Source: the human T2T-CHM13v2.0 reference genome, Homo sapiens
DNA length: 64,000 nucleotides
Reading direction: 5' to 3' (one strand)
Assembly (NCBI RefSeq): GCF_009914755.1
Contig: NC_060927.1
Shown here: piece by piece, positions 48,923 to 64,000 of the stretch
Numbering within the stretch: position 1 is the stretch's first letter
Layout: every line of letters begins with the position of its first letter
Made by a program: the position numbers and the translations under genes
Notes under the pieces: model-generated
Databases searched by the model: none
The model's input: only the letters and a program-made list of their open reading frames with translations
What the model was told of the DNA's origin: nothing

Positions 48923-51683
48923 TCATCCCTCTAGAATGGCATTGTGGGAAAGCAGCACGTGCCTCAGTTGCTGGAGGGCTTCTGCTTAGTTAATTGTCAA
49001 AAGCAATGTCATTAGTGGCCTGCTACTCAGTATGTGAGGTCCCTAAAAACTGGCCCCCTGCGTCTTGCTGATATTTGAGAGGCATTCAGATGAGGCAGCC
49101 TTCACACATTCTGCCTCAGCCAGTCTGCCGGATGCCTGGGAGATAATTAGGCGCCTTTATGTTATTCACTCTCTAGGCAACAAAATTCCAACTTTTCACA
49201 GCATTTTCTACCACCCTCATGCCCCAGCTCTATTAGCAGCCTGTCCCCAGTGACAGTGGAATGTGCTAATAGGTTCCCACAAATGGATTCAGATGTGGAG
49301 AACATGAAAAACAACTTTTCCTTTGTTTGGAGGCTGTCAGGATTCCCCACAAATGATTGCTATGGACCATTTTCCTGGGAGCTATTTGTGCTGGTAGAGT
49401 GTCTTATTTGCTTAAAGAAAAACTATAAGATAGTATCAAGAACAAATAACATGAAGGGAACACGCGTCCAGCAATGTTCAAGGGCTGAGGAATTGCAGAT
49501 GGAAGCAGGGGTTCAGCTGAAGGCCAGAGTTACTTGATATAGGGAAAAATGTTTGTTGTTCTTAAACTCTTCAAGACCACAGAAGCATTTGACCCAGAAC
49601 CTGTAAGTGAGTAAACCATTCCTTAAGCTATTTTCTTTGGAAGGAAGTGTTTGGAGCAGGGGAAAGAGTAGGTTTATGAGGGGTCCCTGGTTAGAGGATG
49701 GATTGTTCATTAACTCTTTCAAAGTCCTTGAGAATTGTGTGGAAAGTCATGTCATGCTATTCTTATAAATCATCTCCTATACAATGGTTTCCTCCATTCC
49801 ATCCTACCTAAAGCAATTGAAGAATAAAGTGGGTTGGACCTCTGTACTAGTCCCCTAGTCAGGGGTAGAGGTAAGGGTTTTGATAAGGAGTGAAGAAGTT
49901 CATGTATCTGTTGACGAGGCAACACACTTCTGTAGACGATTTTTAGGTAACAGAGCGAGGAATGTGTGTATTACCTTGGTGTATGACATGCTCATGAGGC
50001 AGTGTCAGACCTTAAAAAATAGGGTCTAAATTCAAAATGACTTTGCTGGACTTTGGAAAAGTGACCTGAAACCAAAGTTGAGAAATAACAGGTCCAGGCC
50101 CATTCACTGGGAAGGAAATGTACTACGTAGAAATCCAAGGCCAGGCAGAGTGCAGAGAGGATGAATCAGCAACATCTTCACACTGGGCTGTCCTTTGTTC
50201 TCAGATGATACTTTTAGGCACATTCACTAGGACATATATCATCCCCAAGTTTCCTTTAGGGATAATGGAATTGCAGCAAAACATTCACAATCCCAGCCAA
50301 ACTTTTTTCTTGGCCAATGACAAATCTACTCAAGGCAGTAGGCTTGGATTGGAATGAGGACAGTGAACAGAAGTGCAAAAAAAGATAACCAGTTCATGGT
50401 CCCAAACCCAGGTGGCAGTGGGGTAAATAAGTACTTTGGCCCATCCAGGACTGGGATCGAATTTCAGCTCTATTACTTACCATCTAGATCTGTGTCTTTA
50501 ACTTTTCTAAGCTTGAGCTATTTGCATGTAAAAGTGGAGAGCTCTGTACTTATTTTGCAGGGCTGTTGTGAAAATTAAATTAAAAGTGTACATGAAAGAG
50601 TTTGTCACAAAGAAAATGTTCAATGTTGGGAAAAGCGTCCTTCATTTCTTTCTTATGCCTGACTTCTGATCTTCTCTTAGGAAAGTTAGTGAGAACCCAG
50701 GATGTATAAGTGGGGAACCCCAAGGCTGGCATGGTTAGCTCCTTCCTTGATGAGGCAGGCTCCTGATTGAGGAAGGATGTGGAGCCCCTGAGAAGGAAAG
50801 GGAGACCCCCAAAGAGAATAAAGGCCTCAGAACAAAACACAAGGCTAAAGGCAACGCTAAAATGTGCCTCCATCTTCTTCAGGATGGGTAAAGAACATTT
50901 ACACAGAGGATATTAACTCTTTCCAGTCTTTAAGTGGGGCCTAAACTAGAGTGTGTGCCGTTTGGGTGAGCTAATAGGAGGATTTTGAAAATTAAATATC
51001 AATCAAGTAATTAAGAAGAGTTTTAGAATTGCATTGACAGGATGTCTTCATAAACAATGCATATGCAGCCTGGGTCAGTTGAACTATTTTCTATCTCTTA
51101 ATGTTCCTCCAAGATTCTCTGACATCATGAAAGTTTAAAGGAAGTATAACATTTTAGATTTATTACCTTACTACTTACTAAAGAAAACTCAGAGAGAATG
51201 AGCGTGATACACAAGGTACTGCTTTGGTAGAAAGGGCTTTGGAGTCACACAGATCTGGGCAGAAACCCCAGCCCCAGAGCTGACTAAGTGAGGTCAGGTC
51301 AGTTTCGCAGCCTCTATGAGGATTCTCCACTTTTAAGTAAGGGATAACAGCACCACTCAAAAGTTTTGTTTTAAGGGTGAGATACTATTCATGGAATACG
51401 ATGCCAGGAACTTAACAGGTAGTCAATAAAAACTAGTTCCTTCCTCATGTAGTTTTAACTATTGACAACCGTAACAAGCTGCACATAAAAACATCCAAGA
51501 TTTTGCTGTTTTTTTGCAAACATGTAGTGCAATTAGTTTTGCCACATAATAGATAAGAAAAACTGAAAGCACAGAAGTTAATTGATGGCCAAAGTCTTCC
51601 AGTAAGTCCATGACCCAATAATTTCTTATACTGTTAAGAAAATGGTGAGGACATTTTCCTGCTACAATGAAAATGCAACTGAG

Positions 51684-53449
51684 GACCAAGAAGCAGCTTC
51701 TCGGCTCCTTCTGGAATCTCTGCCTGGTTCAGCCTGCCTGACTCCACTCCTGCCTCCACCATGTCCATCAGGGTGACCCAGAAGTCCTACAAGGTGTCCA
51801 CCTCTGGCCCCCAGGCCTTTAGCAGCCGCTTTTACACGAATGGGCCTGGTGCCCACATCAGCTCTTCAAGCCTCTCCCGAGTGAGCAGCAGCAGCTTCCG
51901 GGGTGGCCTGGGCAGAGGCTATGGTGGGGCCAGCGGCATAGGAGGCATCACCACTGTCACGTTCAACCAGAGCCTGCTGAGCCCTGTTAACCTGGAGGTA
52001 GATCCCAATATCCAGGCCATGCACACCCAGGAGAAGGAGCAGATCAAGACCCTCAACAACAAGTTTGCCTCCTTCATCGACAAGGTACGGTTCCTGCAGC
52101 AGTAGAACAAGATGCTGGAGACCAAGTGGAGCCTCCTGCAGCAGCAGAAGATGGCTCGGATCAACGTATTTGAGAGCTACATGAACAACCTTAGGCGGCA
52201 GCTGGAGGCTCTGGGCTAGGAGAAGCTGAAGCTGGAGGCGGAGCTTGGCAATATGCAGGGGCTGGTGGAGGACTTCAAGAACAAGTATGAGGATGAGATC
52301 AATAAGCGTACAGAAACGGAGAATGAATTTGTCCTCATCAAGAAGGACATGGATGAAGCTTACATGAACAAGGCAGAGCTGGAGTCTCGCCTGGAAGGGC
52401 TGACTGACGAGATCAACTTCCTCAGGCAACTGCATGAAGAGGAGATCCAGGAGCTGCAGTCCCAGATCTCGGGCACGTCTGCGGTGCTGTCCATGGACAA
52501 CAGCCTCTCCCTGGACATGGACAGCATCATCGCTGAGGTCAAGGCACAGTAGGAGGAGATCGCCAACCGCAGCTGGGCTGAGGCTGAGAGCATGTACCAG
52601 ATCAAGTATGCAGAGCTGCAGACGCTGGCTGGCAAGCACGGGGATGACCTGCGGTGTACAAAGACTTAGATCTCCGAGATGAACCGGAACATCAGCCGGC
52701 TCCAGGCTGAGATTGAGGGCCTCAAAGGCCAGAGGGCTTCCCTGGAGGCCCCCATCGCAGATACCGAGCAGCGTGGGGAGCTGGCCGTTAAGGATGCCAG
52801 CGCCAAGCGGTCGGAGCTGGAGGCCGCCCTGCAGCGGGCCAAGCAGGACATGGCGCAGCAGCTGCGTGAGTACCAGGAGCTGATGAACGTCAAACTGGCC
52901 CTGGACATGGAGATCGCCACCTACAGGAAGCTGCTGGAGGGCGAGGAGAGCCCGGCTGGAGTCTGGGATGCAGAACACGAGTATCCATAGGAAGACCACC
53001 AGCGGCTATGCAGGTGGTCTGAGTTCCGCCTATGGGGGCCTCACAAGCCCTGGCCTCAGCTATGGCCTAAGCTCCAGCTTTGGCTCTGTCGCGGGCTCCA
53101 GCTCATTCAGCCGCACCGGCTCCGCCAGGGCCATGGTTGTGCAGAAGATTGAGACCCGCGATGGGAAGCTGGTATCCGAGTCCTCTGACGTCCTGCCCAA
53201 GTGAAGAGCTGCGGCAGTCCCTCCCAGCCTGCCTCTACTGTGGCTCCCCCAGAGCCCGGGAGGGAGGCTGCTGTGCAGGGGAGCACAGGGAACAGGAGAC
53301 CCACCTGAAGCTCAGCCCTAGCTCTCAGCCCACGCGCGGGGGAGTTTACTGCTTGGGGACCCCCCTTGCCTCCAGCTACAAAACAATTTAATTGCTTTAT
53401 TTTGTCCAAAAAAAAAAAAAAAAAAAAAAAGAAAGAAAGAAAGAAAAAA
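51684..53449 (+). pseudogene. KRT8P13: Processed keratin 8 (KRT8) pseudogene, full length, antisense within SLC7A14 intron 4
   Basis: Intronless [17 protein letters not shown]...SSDVLPK* (ATG 51761, TGA 53202-53204). In-frame TAGs at 52103, 52217, 52550 and 52667; +1 frameshift near 52951; poly(A) from 53408. TSD GAAAATGCAACTGAG at 51669-51683 and 53450-53464. The pseudogene number is recalled from the locus, not derived from sequence. Confidence 0.95.
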
Positions 53450-54986
53450 GAAAATGCAACTGAGTTCCAGGAAAACATTCCTTCTTTTCAGTCTTGTAAT
53501 TTGTTGTTTCTCTTATATGATAGGAAAGGAACAGTTTGTATCATAAGATAATATAGATCTGGGGATCCAGAATGGGGCCAACAGTGTTTCTTTGTCTCTT
53601 CTTTTGGGTTTAAGCAGTTTCAGTATTTATTCATTTCAAAGAGGAGGGATGAACTTTGTAGTTCTGTGGAATTCTTATAGATAAGGAGAAGACTAGGAAT
53701 CTTGGCTTAAATTGCTTCCTTGCTTATTTCTCTGCATTGAACGGCATGGCGTGGTTCGGAATAAACAAGTGATTTTGAGTGTTCTCCAAGAAACATTTCT
53801 GATCCCTGGACATGTTGGAGAAAAACCAGCCTAAGCAAAAGCTGCAAAAGCAAAGTGGGTGGAATCCTGGACTTGCTTTCTGTCATCAGTTCTAGGCAGA
53901 CTTGCCTCTCTCGACCTTAGGTTGTTCATCTGTTAAATGAACGGATAGGACCAGGTAACCTCTAAGGTCCCTGACAGCTCAAAATTCTCTGATTTATGTT
54001 CTACCATGAAAAAGAGGTGGGCTAGTGAATTTCACCAATAAATCCACAACATAAGTATTTTTAGTCATCCTAGAGAAAGAAACCAGGTGCAACTCACAGC
54101 CACTTGTCAGTATAAAGAATTTGCCTCTCTGACCTTCCTATTTTTCTCTAGCATAAACCGCACTAGCCAGATCATGGAATGAGATCTGAAAACATCCTTT
54201 TGGTCCAGCCCATGCTCTTGCTAACCCCTAGACCACACCAGGTAAACCTGCCTGTTATGAACTATGCCTTTGGAATGGGATTTATAGCACAGCCCTCCAT
54301 TAGGCCAGCTCAGCTGTCCTCTGACCTCAGTAGGACTCTCCTCCTAGAGTCAAATGCTGACATTGGAATTAAAAACTGTTATTTTCCTAGTGTCATACCC
54401 AGGCAAAACTCATCCCTTCCCTACTGTCCCCTTTCCCTGGCCTCCTTTATTGCCTTGTGTATTTATGTTCTTCTTGATCTCTCTTAGTAGATTGTAGACA
54501 TAATTCTATAGAACTGAGCTGTTCTTGCACAGACTTTGGAGCCAGGCAGTCGTGGCTGACTGGGTTCTGCCACTTACATTGTGTGTTTAACAGTAAGCCA
54601 TTTGAACTCTCTGAATGGGAGTTTTTTTCATCTTTAAGAGCAGAATGTAAATATCTTCCTCACAAGATTATCAGGATGATTAAATGAGATAGTACGTGCA
54701 AAGACACTTAGCACAATTTTAGGCAATTGCAGGTTGCCAAAACATTGAATCTATTATTATTATTTGTATAAAATAAGATCTTAACAAATGCCTGTGGAAA
54801 AAAAAACAACACACAAGAACCACTTCTTCAGGATATTCCAACTAAATTAAGATCAAAAGGTGATAAAGAGGGTGCTGTGGTAATTATGGAACAGAACAGC
54901 ATTTTCTTGAAAATATGTCTTAGGTTGGTCACAGGGTAGAAGGCAGAGTGTGTGACAGGCACACCAGGTGTTTGGAACAAACTTAC

Positions 54987-55204
54987 CCCTGACCAGCCGT
55001 GGGGCAAGAACTGGCCCTCCGCCCAGTATTTCCCATTGATGAAGAAGAGGCCTGCGATCATGATGAACACCCATACTGCCAGGTTCAGCACATTGAGAAC
55101 ATTGTTGAAGCCTATGGAATTCTTCACCCCCAGAGCAACAATGATGGTCACGATGACCGCGATCAACAGAGCCAGAAGGTCTGGGTATGATTCTTCACCT
55201 TTCC
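54987..55204 (-). CDS. SLC7A14: SLC7A14 coding exon (exon 4), 218 nt
   Basis: KGEESYPDLLALLIAVIVTIIVALGVKNS...FLPHGWSG. Acceptor ctctag|GG, donor GGG|gtaagt. Phase matches both neighbours. Confidence 0.97.
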
Positions 55205-55313
55205 CTAGAGAGGAAAGACATGATTTGACATTGTCTGGAGGGAAGAAAGGGCCATGCAAACTCCTGGTCCTACCCCACTGCATCCGTACTCAGCTTTAAG
55301 AAGGGCAGTAAAC

Positions 55314-55636
<323 letters not shown>

Positions 55637-56481
55637 CTACACATGCCTATGCTATAGTCCACAAGCAGATACCAGTATCTATTTGCAAATGAGCAGGATT
55701 TGGTAGATAGGTAAGATGATCTGGTATCCTGGACCAAAAATTGGGCTATGTGGTGTGACAATTACAACAGCGCCTATGAAACCATGGCACAGAACATTTG
55801 AAGTGGGAACCATCCTGGGATATTTGGGATGTATATTTAGGTCTAACATGTTTGAAAATTGTTTTTAGCTTCATTATTTTTAATTTTACAGTCTGTAAAA
55901 TTTCCATCCCATTCCCAAACCTTTTCTTTATCAACAATTTTAAGAATGTGTGTCTTTGAAAATGATGGTAAGAGGGGTTTTCTGTCCTTTTGTGTATATG
56001 TGGTTGTAGAGAAAAAAATAACCAGTGAACACGCCCTGCCTGCTTGGTTTTGCCCAACGGCCAGTGGACTCCTGCCCTCTATAGAGTGGAAAAGGCACTG
56101 CCTCAGCTGCAGGGATCTTGAATTTCAGCTGTACTTTTGCCCATAGCCAGATGTGTGGCCTTGGGCAAGTTGCCTCATCTTTCTGGACCTCATTTGTAAA
56201 GTGAAGGACATGAATGGCCTGATTTTGGAGGACTCTTTTAGACCTAAAATTCTATGCAATCAGTACACAGAACAGGTTTGTTCTTTATATTTTTATCTTG
56301 TCATGGTACTTGGGTGCTCAGCATTTTTGTCAGTTCTTTTGATATAGGAATATCGAAGTTAGATGACTTGACACAGCCACAGAATCATTCCTTGGAAGTT
56401 CTGAGGCAAGATTCCAGAGCTTCCTCAACTATTGTTTAGCTTTTCTAGAATGTGAGTTTATCAGGCATCAAGATGGAGAGT

Positions 56482-56891
<410 letters not shown>

Positions 56892-57429
56892 CTAGGCTGG
56901 AACCCATTTTATTCATTAAATTTTTTTTCATTGAAATTTGGAAAAAAAATCTGATGAAACCACTGGAGAAATTGCTGACAGTTCTTTTTTTCCTGCATTG
57001 GTTTTATTTTTATATAGTTATTGACATGTGCCTGTATGGTTTGTAGCCTTTGACGTATGACATTACATTAAAACATAATCCATGTTATTACAAGTTTCCC
57101 TAATCATCCTTTTAATTGCTAGCTACATAGTATTTGTCTGCAATTTACTTAGTCACTTGCCCCACTGTAGAATATTTAGGCTGTCTCTAACTTTTTGTTA
57201 TTGTAAATAAGGCTGTGGTGAGCATCTTTTTGTATAATGCTTCCATGGACATTAGAATTATTTTTTAAGGATGGATAGATTCATAGAGAAAGAATTACTT
57301 TGCAAAAGAAAAAGAGAGATATATTTAAGGCTTTTGATACATTTTGCCAAATTGCTTTCTGAAAGGAGAACTCATTTATGTGGCTTGGTAAGTTTGCATG
57401 TTGAGGGTAGGAGGATGTGGCAGTCTCAC

Positions 57430-57666
57430 CCAGGCCATTGAGGGTTCCCACGCTGTCCGCCATCCAGCGGCTGATGGTGTGGTTGGCTAGTGAGTCAAAC
57501 ATGCTGCTCAGAGCACTGGCTCCGGCCGCAGTGCCAATCAGGTACTCCAGGATCAGGTTCCAGCCAATGAAAAATGCCACAAATTCCCCAACAGTGACAT
57601 AGCTGTAGGTGTAGGCAGATCCTGTGGTCTTGGGGACTCGAACTCCAAACTCTGCATAGCAGACGC
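57430..57666 (-). CDS. SLC7A14: SLC7A14 coding exon (exon 3), 237 nt, phase 1-1
   Basis: Translates [42 protein letters not shown]..., a CAT/SLC7 signature. Acceptor ttgcag|GC and donor G|gtgaga on the minus strand. Confidence 0.97.
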
Positions 57667-60624
57667 CTGCAAGGGACAGACATACACAGATGGTGGACTT
57701 CAGGAGATGAGCTGACATCCTGTGGCCAACAATCTTGGGTGGAACATACTGAGACTTTCTAGGATCTCAGAACAAATACACAAAGTTTTATGTATATGAA
57801 TCGATTCAGAGCCAACTCTTACCTCTTCCAACCTCACTTCTGAAAAATGCAAACTTGAATGACTAGCAAGGCAATCAGAACTAATTCTACTAAACTGTTG
57901 GAAACTGATCTTTATTTAGAAAAAATTCCACTTGTGTGTGTCTCTATCATGCTCCTTAGGTGTCAGATATCCTGTGTGAACATGGGCCCAATTCATCACG
58001 ACCCCCACCCTAGATGGCACCAGGGTTATATTATGCACAAACTTCTTCTCTTTCAGTTTTTACATATTATAGAAGGTGCTCCTCATTTGAGAGTGATACT
58101 TTGAGCAATCTGTGAAAATGCTGTACTATATCTAGGGGGTAGATAAAAGATGCAAATATAAATAAATTACTAATTATTAACAAGGAAATCTAGCACATGC
58201 ACAAAAAGTAATTTAACAAACACTTTTAGAGTCCTACCATGTGCATGGCAGGGTGTGAAGCACTGGGTATAAAAAAGACAAATGGCATATGCCCCTGCCC
58301 TTAAGGGGAGAGAGGCCATCAGTGCCCACTGTAGGCTGTGTAAGCTTGACAGTGTAAAAATGTATAACAATGAGAGGAGAGATGTGAGACATGTACTTAG
58401 AGGGTTTTGAGGCATATGTAGGGATTAATTGGATGAAGAAGGTGGAACATGAGGCAAAGACATGGCAGAGAGAGACAGTATGAAGTATTTGGGTGGAGGG
58501 GAGTGTGCACTGAGGTATTAGGAGGAGATGACGCTGGCCAGCTAAGCAGAGCCATGTGTTTTCCAAAGTGGGTTCAGGGCCCACTTCCACCAGAATCATC
58601 GATTGAATCCTAATTTCAGGAGATAGGAATCAGGATGCTGCATTTTAACCAGTTCCCAAGGTAATACATGTGCTCACTTGTATCAGAAATGCACTGGAAT
58701 ATTGCCTCATTCTCTGACATAATTAGAGAATATATTAGAAAGAGATTAAGAACATACCAAACTTCTGGGAGTTGGGAGAGTTCCCTATTTTGTGCTAGGA
58801 ATTCTGGGTGTGGGCCAGTGGGTGGGGCAACGAGTTGGAGGTCAGACATAGGACAGCTTGGAGGAAACATACCAGGGGTGGGATGTAAGAGGATGTAGGA
58901 GGGAACTCAAAGTCAACTTTACCTTCAGTCCTAATTTTGTTAAGGGCCAACCCTGAAGTTCTCTCATCACAAACCAGGGAACAATAGTTCACTCTTTTGT
59001 GAATAAAGAGAGCAGGTTTCTTCTCATTTGGAAGGGAGTGAAATCAATGCAAAGAAGCAAAAACAGAGATGTCAAAAGCAATGGCACAATAAATGATTCC
59101 ATGTGATGTACTATCTCTTCTTTCCCCTCAGCTGCTTCAGTTGTCAGGATGTTTACACGGAAGAAGCACTGGACCAGTTATGCTGGGCTCCTGTTTCTAC
59201 TCCATCCCTGTAGATTCAGCATCCTTGTTTCTAAAATAAAAGTATTACACCAAAGACTCTCTTACGGATCTCCTAACTCTGACCCTCTAGGATTCCATCT
59301 GTTATATTGAACTTTGTAGTATTTTTTGCTGCAAAATCTGTTGAGCACAGCTTAGCTTTTCTTTTACATCAGTTACAATATTGTTCAGTATTATGGAGAT
59401 GCTGTCAGGGATAGTGAAGCTGTTTGTCTCTACATTAAATGGCCCAGTCTGTTATTTATTTTGAGTTCCTATGTCAGCCCTCCTCCCCTTGCTTTGTAAA
59501 TGTAGCTTTCCATCTCCTTCCTTGATGTCAGACTGTCAGTTTTTACTTCTTGTTGCTGTCCCAGTGCTTACCTGGAGCAGTCAGACTGCCTCTTTTCTAA
59601 ATTGCTGCTTCCAACACCTGATATTTAAATTGTTAGAGTGAGTCTAAAATTAAGAGGAAATGGTCTTTGAAGAAGGCCTGAAGAACTCTTCCATGGGGAA
59701 AGTATAGAGTGTGCACGCATTAAATACAAGAACCTGATGATATTTTCTTGGATGCCGTGTGTTTTCAGGGTTCTCGGGAGTTGAGTTTGCACATACGGAT
59801 TAGGTTGCTCTTTCAGTGATGTGTGAGGAAGGAAGTGAAGATGCAACTCACTTCCCTGCTTTGGTATTGGATCCACAGCATTATCCAATTACTCCTATAT
59901 TCTATGAGCTTATTCTCATCACCCAACTTTACCACCTGATATTGTACAAGATTTATAAGTAAAATCTTTTCCAAATGATGCTTTTGAAGCAGGCATCGAT
60001 TTGATTGCAAATTTAATTTGGAGAGCCAATATTTATGGAATTTGTGCAATCAAACATTCTCTCCATAACATTCGATCTGACAAATTAAATTTAAAAATAC
60101 CCCCATTTTGCCACCAGAATACACTTGCCAAGGGTAATTAGCAAATGGCCAAGTCTTCATTAGGTCTTGTGAATGGACCAGTCCATTGCTGTCTGAATCA
60201 GAGAAAGAGGCCCTGGCTGTGCATGGTATAAGGAGCATTTGGAATCTTAGTCATTTCCCAAGGTCCTGCTGGGGTCCTAATGACTGTAGTTTGGGGAGAA
60301 CACTGGGAAAATCAATCAGGCACTAACCATACAAGACAATTTCTGCTTCACGAAATCGTTGTTTTGGACACACTGTAAAAGATCTTATAATATTTTAAAA
60401 TCTTTCTGATTTGTTTGTATGGAGAAATTCAGACTTAGAGTGGGTACTAGAGAGCATCTAGCCTGGCATTGAAGCTCACTGGTGATAATTGAATGTTTAC
60501 AGCCTCAAATATCCTGAGAAAAATGTTCTCATTCAACTATTTTAAAATATCTGGTATGTAAGAGGAACACATTTAAGAGTATCTTTCTAATTTCAATAAG
60601 AAATTAAAAGCATGGAAATGGAAT

Positions 60625-60938
<314 letters not shown>

Positions 60939-61146
60939 CGAAACCTTGGTTTTTATCCTAGATTATCTAGGGTCCTAGATTACTGAGTGTTGAGGGGCAA
61001 GTTACCCTCTTATGGATGAAATGAGACGGCCAATTAGATACAGTTTAGGGTCCCTTCTGATGCATCATTCTTTGGTTTTACAGCTAAAGTCAACTCTTAA
61101 TCATCTAGTTAGTGAGGGAAGCCCTGTAGGAAATACTGTATGAACC

Positions 61147-62294
<1,148 letters not shown>

Positions 62295-63166
62295 CTAATC
62301 ATATTTGCCTTATGCTATTATCGAAGTGATTTTACATTTTGTGGTTATCCACCAAGTGATTAGAGGGAGAGGCATATTGATTTCAAAAGTACTTATTGAT
62401 ATAGCTAGAGAGAATCAATATGAAATCCAGTGTTTAGGTGCAGGCAGCCATCAGTGAGTGACTGCATGCTGCAGACCACATGATGGAAATTTTCCCTTAG
62501 TGTTGGTCAGAGATGAGAATTCTAAGTCCTTGAGAAATATAAAGGATTTATTTCAGCAGGACTAGAGGTAATAAGCCTGCAAGTCTGACACCTTTTCAAT
62601 TACCCACGATATAAATCTATTGTAAACAGATTCCTATTTATATTTTGTCCCATTTCTAGTGTTTTATATTTCTATACCCAGAACTATTTGTGGTTAAATT
62701 GATAATTTGCCAGCCTAAAAATCAGTTAGAACTTGGAGTGAACTTCCACATTGAAAAGTGGGTTGGGACAAGGTACCGGGAGATTCTCGATTTGCAATAT
62801 TCTCTGTTAATCCTCTTATATGTATCCCAGATGATGTGTGATTTGGGTTTTCAGAAAAATATGGTCCTTTTCAATGTGAATTTCTTTTCAAGTTACAGTC
62901 TATGGTTCTATCATATATGTAAATAAAGAGCCAGCCTTAGGTTTAGTTCTTTCAGACAGCCTACATGCAATGTTGACCTTTCTAAACTATGCTTAACAGA
63001 GCACAACCCAATAGCAAAGATAATCACGACATGCTTCTCCCTCTCTAATTCTGCTGAGTCACTTGCAGCCTACCCGGATTCCCTATTGCCCTTTTAGAAC
63101 CAGGAAGCAAAACTTCTCCTTCCTAACAGGGTAAAGGAGAAAGACCCAGCTGGGAGTAGGCAAAAG

Positions 63167-63316
63167 GAGGAAAATTCTATTTTTAAGTGGGGAAGCTTTT
63201 CCACTTAAGGGGTAAGTTATTGGGGGTACAGTTTATATAATATGATGAATTCAATTATTATGTTGCCTGATCATAAGTGGAGAAAGGCTTCTCCACTTAA
63301 GACATAAATTTCCCTC
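63167..63316. repeat. Nested imperfect palindrome (~150 bp) with two internal hairpins
   Basis: Left arm ggaaaattctatttttaagtggggaagc matches the reverse complement of the right arm, ggaaatttatgtcttaagtggagaagc. Hairpins at 63183-63208 and 63274-63299. Confidence 0.85.
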
Positions 63317-64000
63317 TGCATTCCACCAAAGAAAGCCATTAGATAAATAAGTACTTTTAAATAAGTGTACTTTCACCTGGAAGGATTAAATCTAGGGGTT
63401 ATTCACACTTGAATGCCAATTACTCTACCCAGATAGACAGATTTTCCCATTAATATGTAACTTATCTTACTTTGACTATTCCCTAACCTACTTATCAGCT
63501 CATTTAACAGTTTCCCAAATAATTTTTGACTTTCTAATTTCCTTCCTTTATTCCACACACATTAAGTGGCTATGAAATGAGGAAGTGCAATGAATGACAG
63601 AGACACAAATGGTAAGACAGATTTCCTGACCTTGAAGCATCTATATTTCAATCAGGAAAGAGTTTAATAAACAGCTGATTCCATGTGGCCAGTATTTAAT
63701 ACTATTGAGCATTTATGAGGTGTTCTTGGAGCTCAGTGCGGTGAGCGTGGTTCTTAGGAGCACGGTTCTTTGGTTGCTGTGGAAGCCCGGAGACTGGGGG
63801 AGGGAGCCTTTTAAGCTACTTCTTGGAGGGTAAGCTGGGCTTTGCCAGTCAGAAAAAAAATAGAGGAAAGGGTGGTTTCAGGCAGGCGAAAAGGTGTAGC
63901 TGGGCAGACACATGCAGGCTACTTTCGAGATTGTGGAAGATGAGCCTGCAGAGGTGGACTGAGATCAAGTGATTGAGGGGGTGGGACCTTTTTAACAGAC

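Noticed and set aside
51866-52999. 377-aa minus-strand ORF, the longest in the ORF track
   Set aside because: It is the antisense shadow of the KRT8 pseudogene. Keratin codon bias (few CTA/TTA/TCA codons) keeps the mirrored frame open, it starts at GTG, and it has no recognisable domain.

Overview
This is primate (almost certainly human) genomic DNA, dense in Alu, L1, MIR/L2, CR1/L3 and hAT-family fossils. The main gene is SLC7A14, a lysosomal cationic amino acid transporter-like protein, on the minus strand. Six coding exons (canonical exons 3-8) are present with GT-AG boundaries and compatible phases. They are followed by a 3' UTR of about 7.5 kb that probably ends near 15853; exons 1-2 lie beyond the right edge. 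Intron 4 contains a full-length processed KRT8 pseudogene on the + strand with a 15-bp target-site duplication. The less obvious signals are: (1) a decayed, coding-like minus-strand tract at about 5.4-7.7 kb whose end resembles a dCMP/CDADC1-type deaminase domain (by-eye match, unverified); (2) a non-L1 insertion flanked by a ~64-bp duplication inside an old L1; (3) a nested palindromic element at 63.2 kb; (4) an ancient ~200-bp direct repeat in intron 5; (5) inverted Alus and miR-182/96/124 seed sites in the 3' UTR; (6) acidic dileucine motifs in the long loop encoded by exon 7. Repeat boundaries are approximate and family names were assigned by eye.
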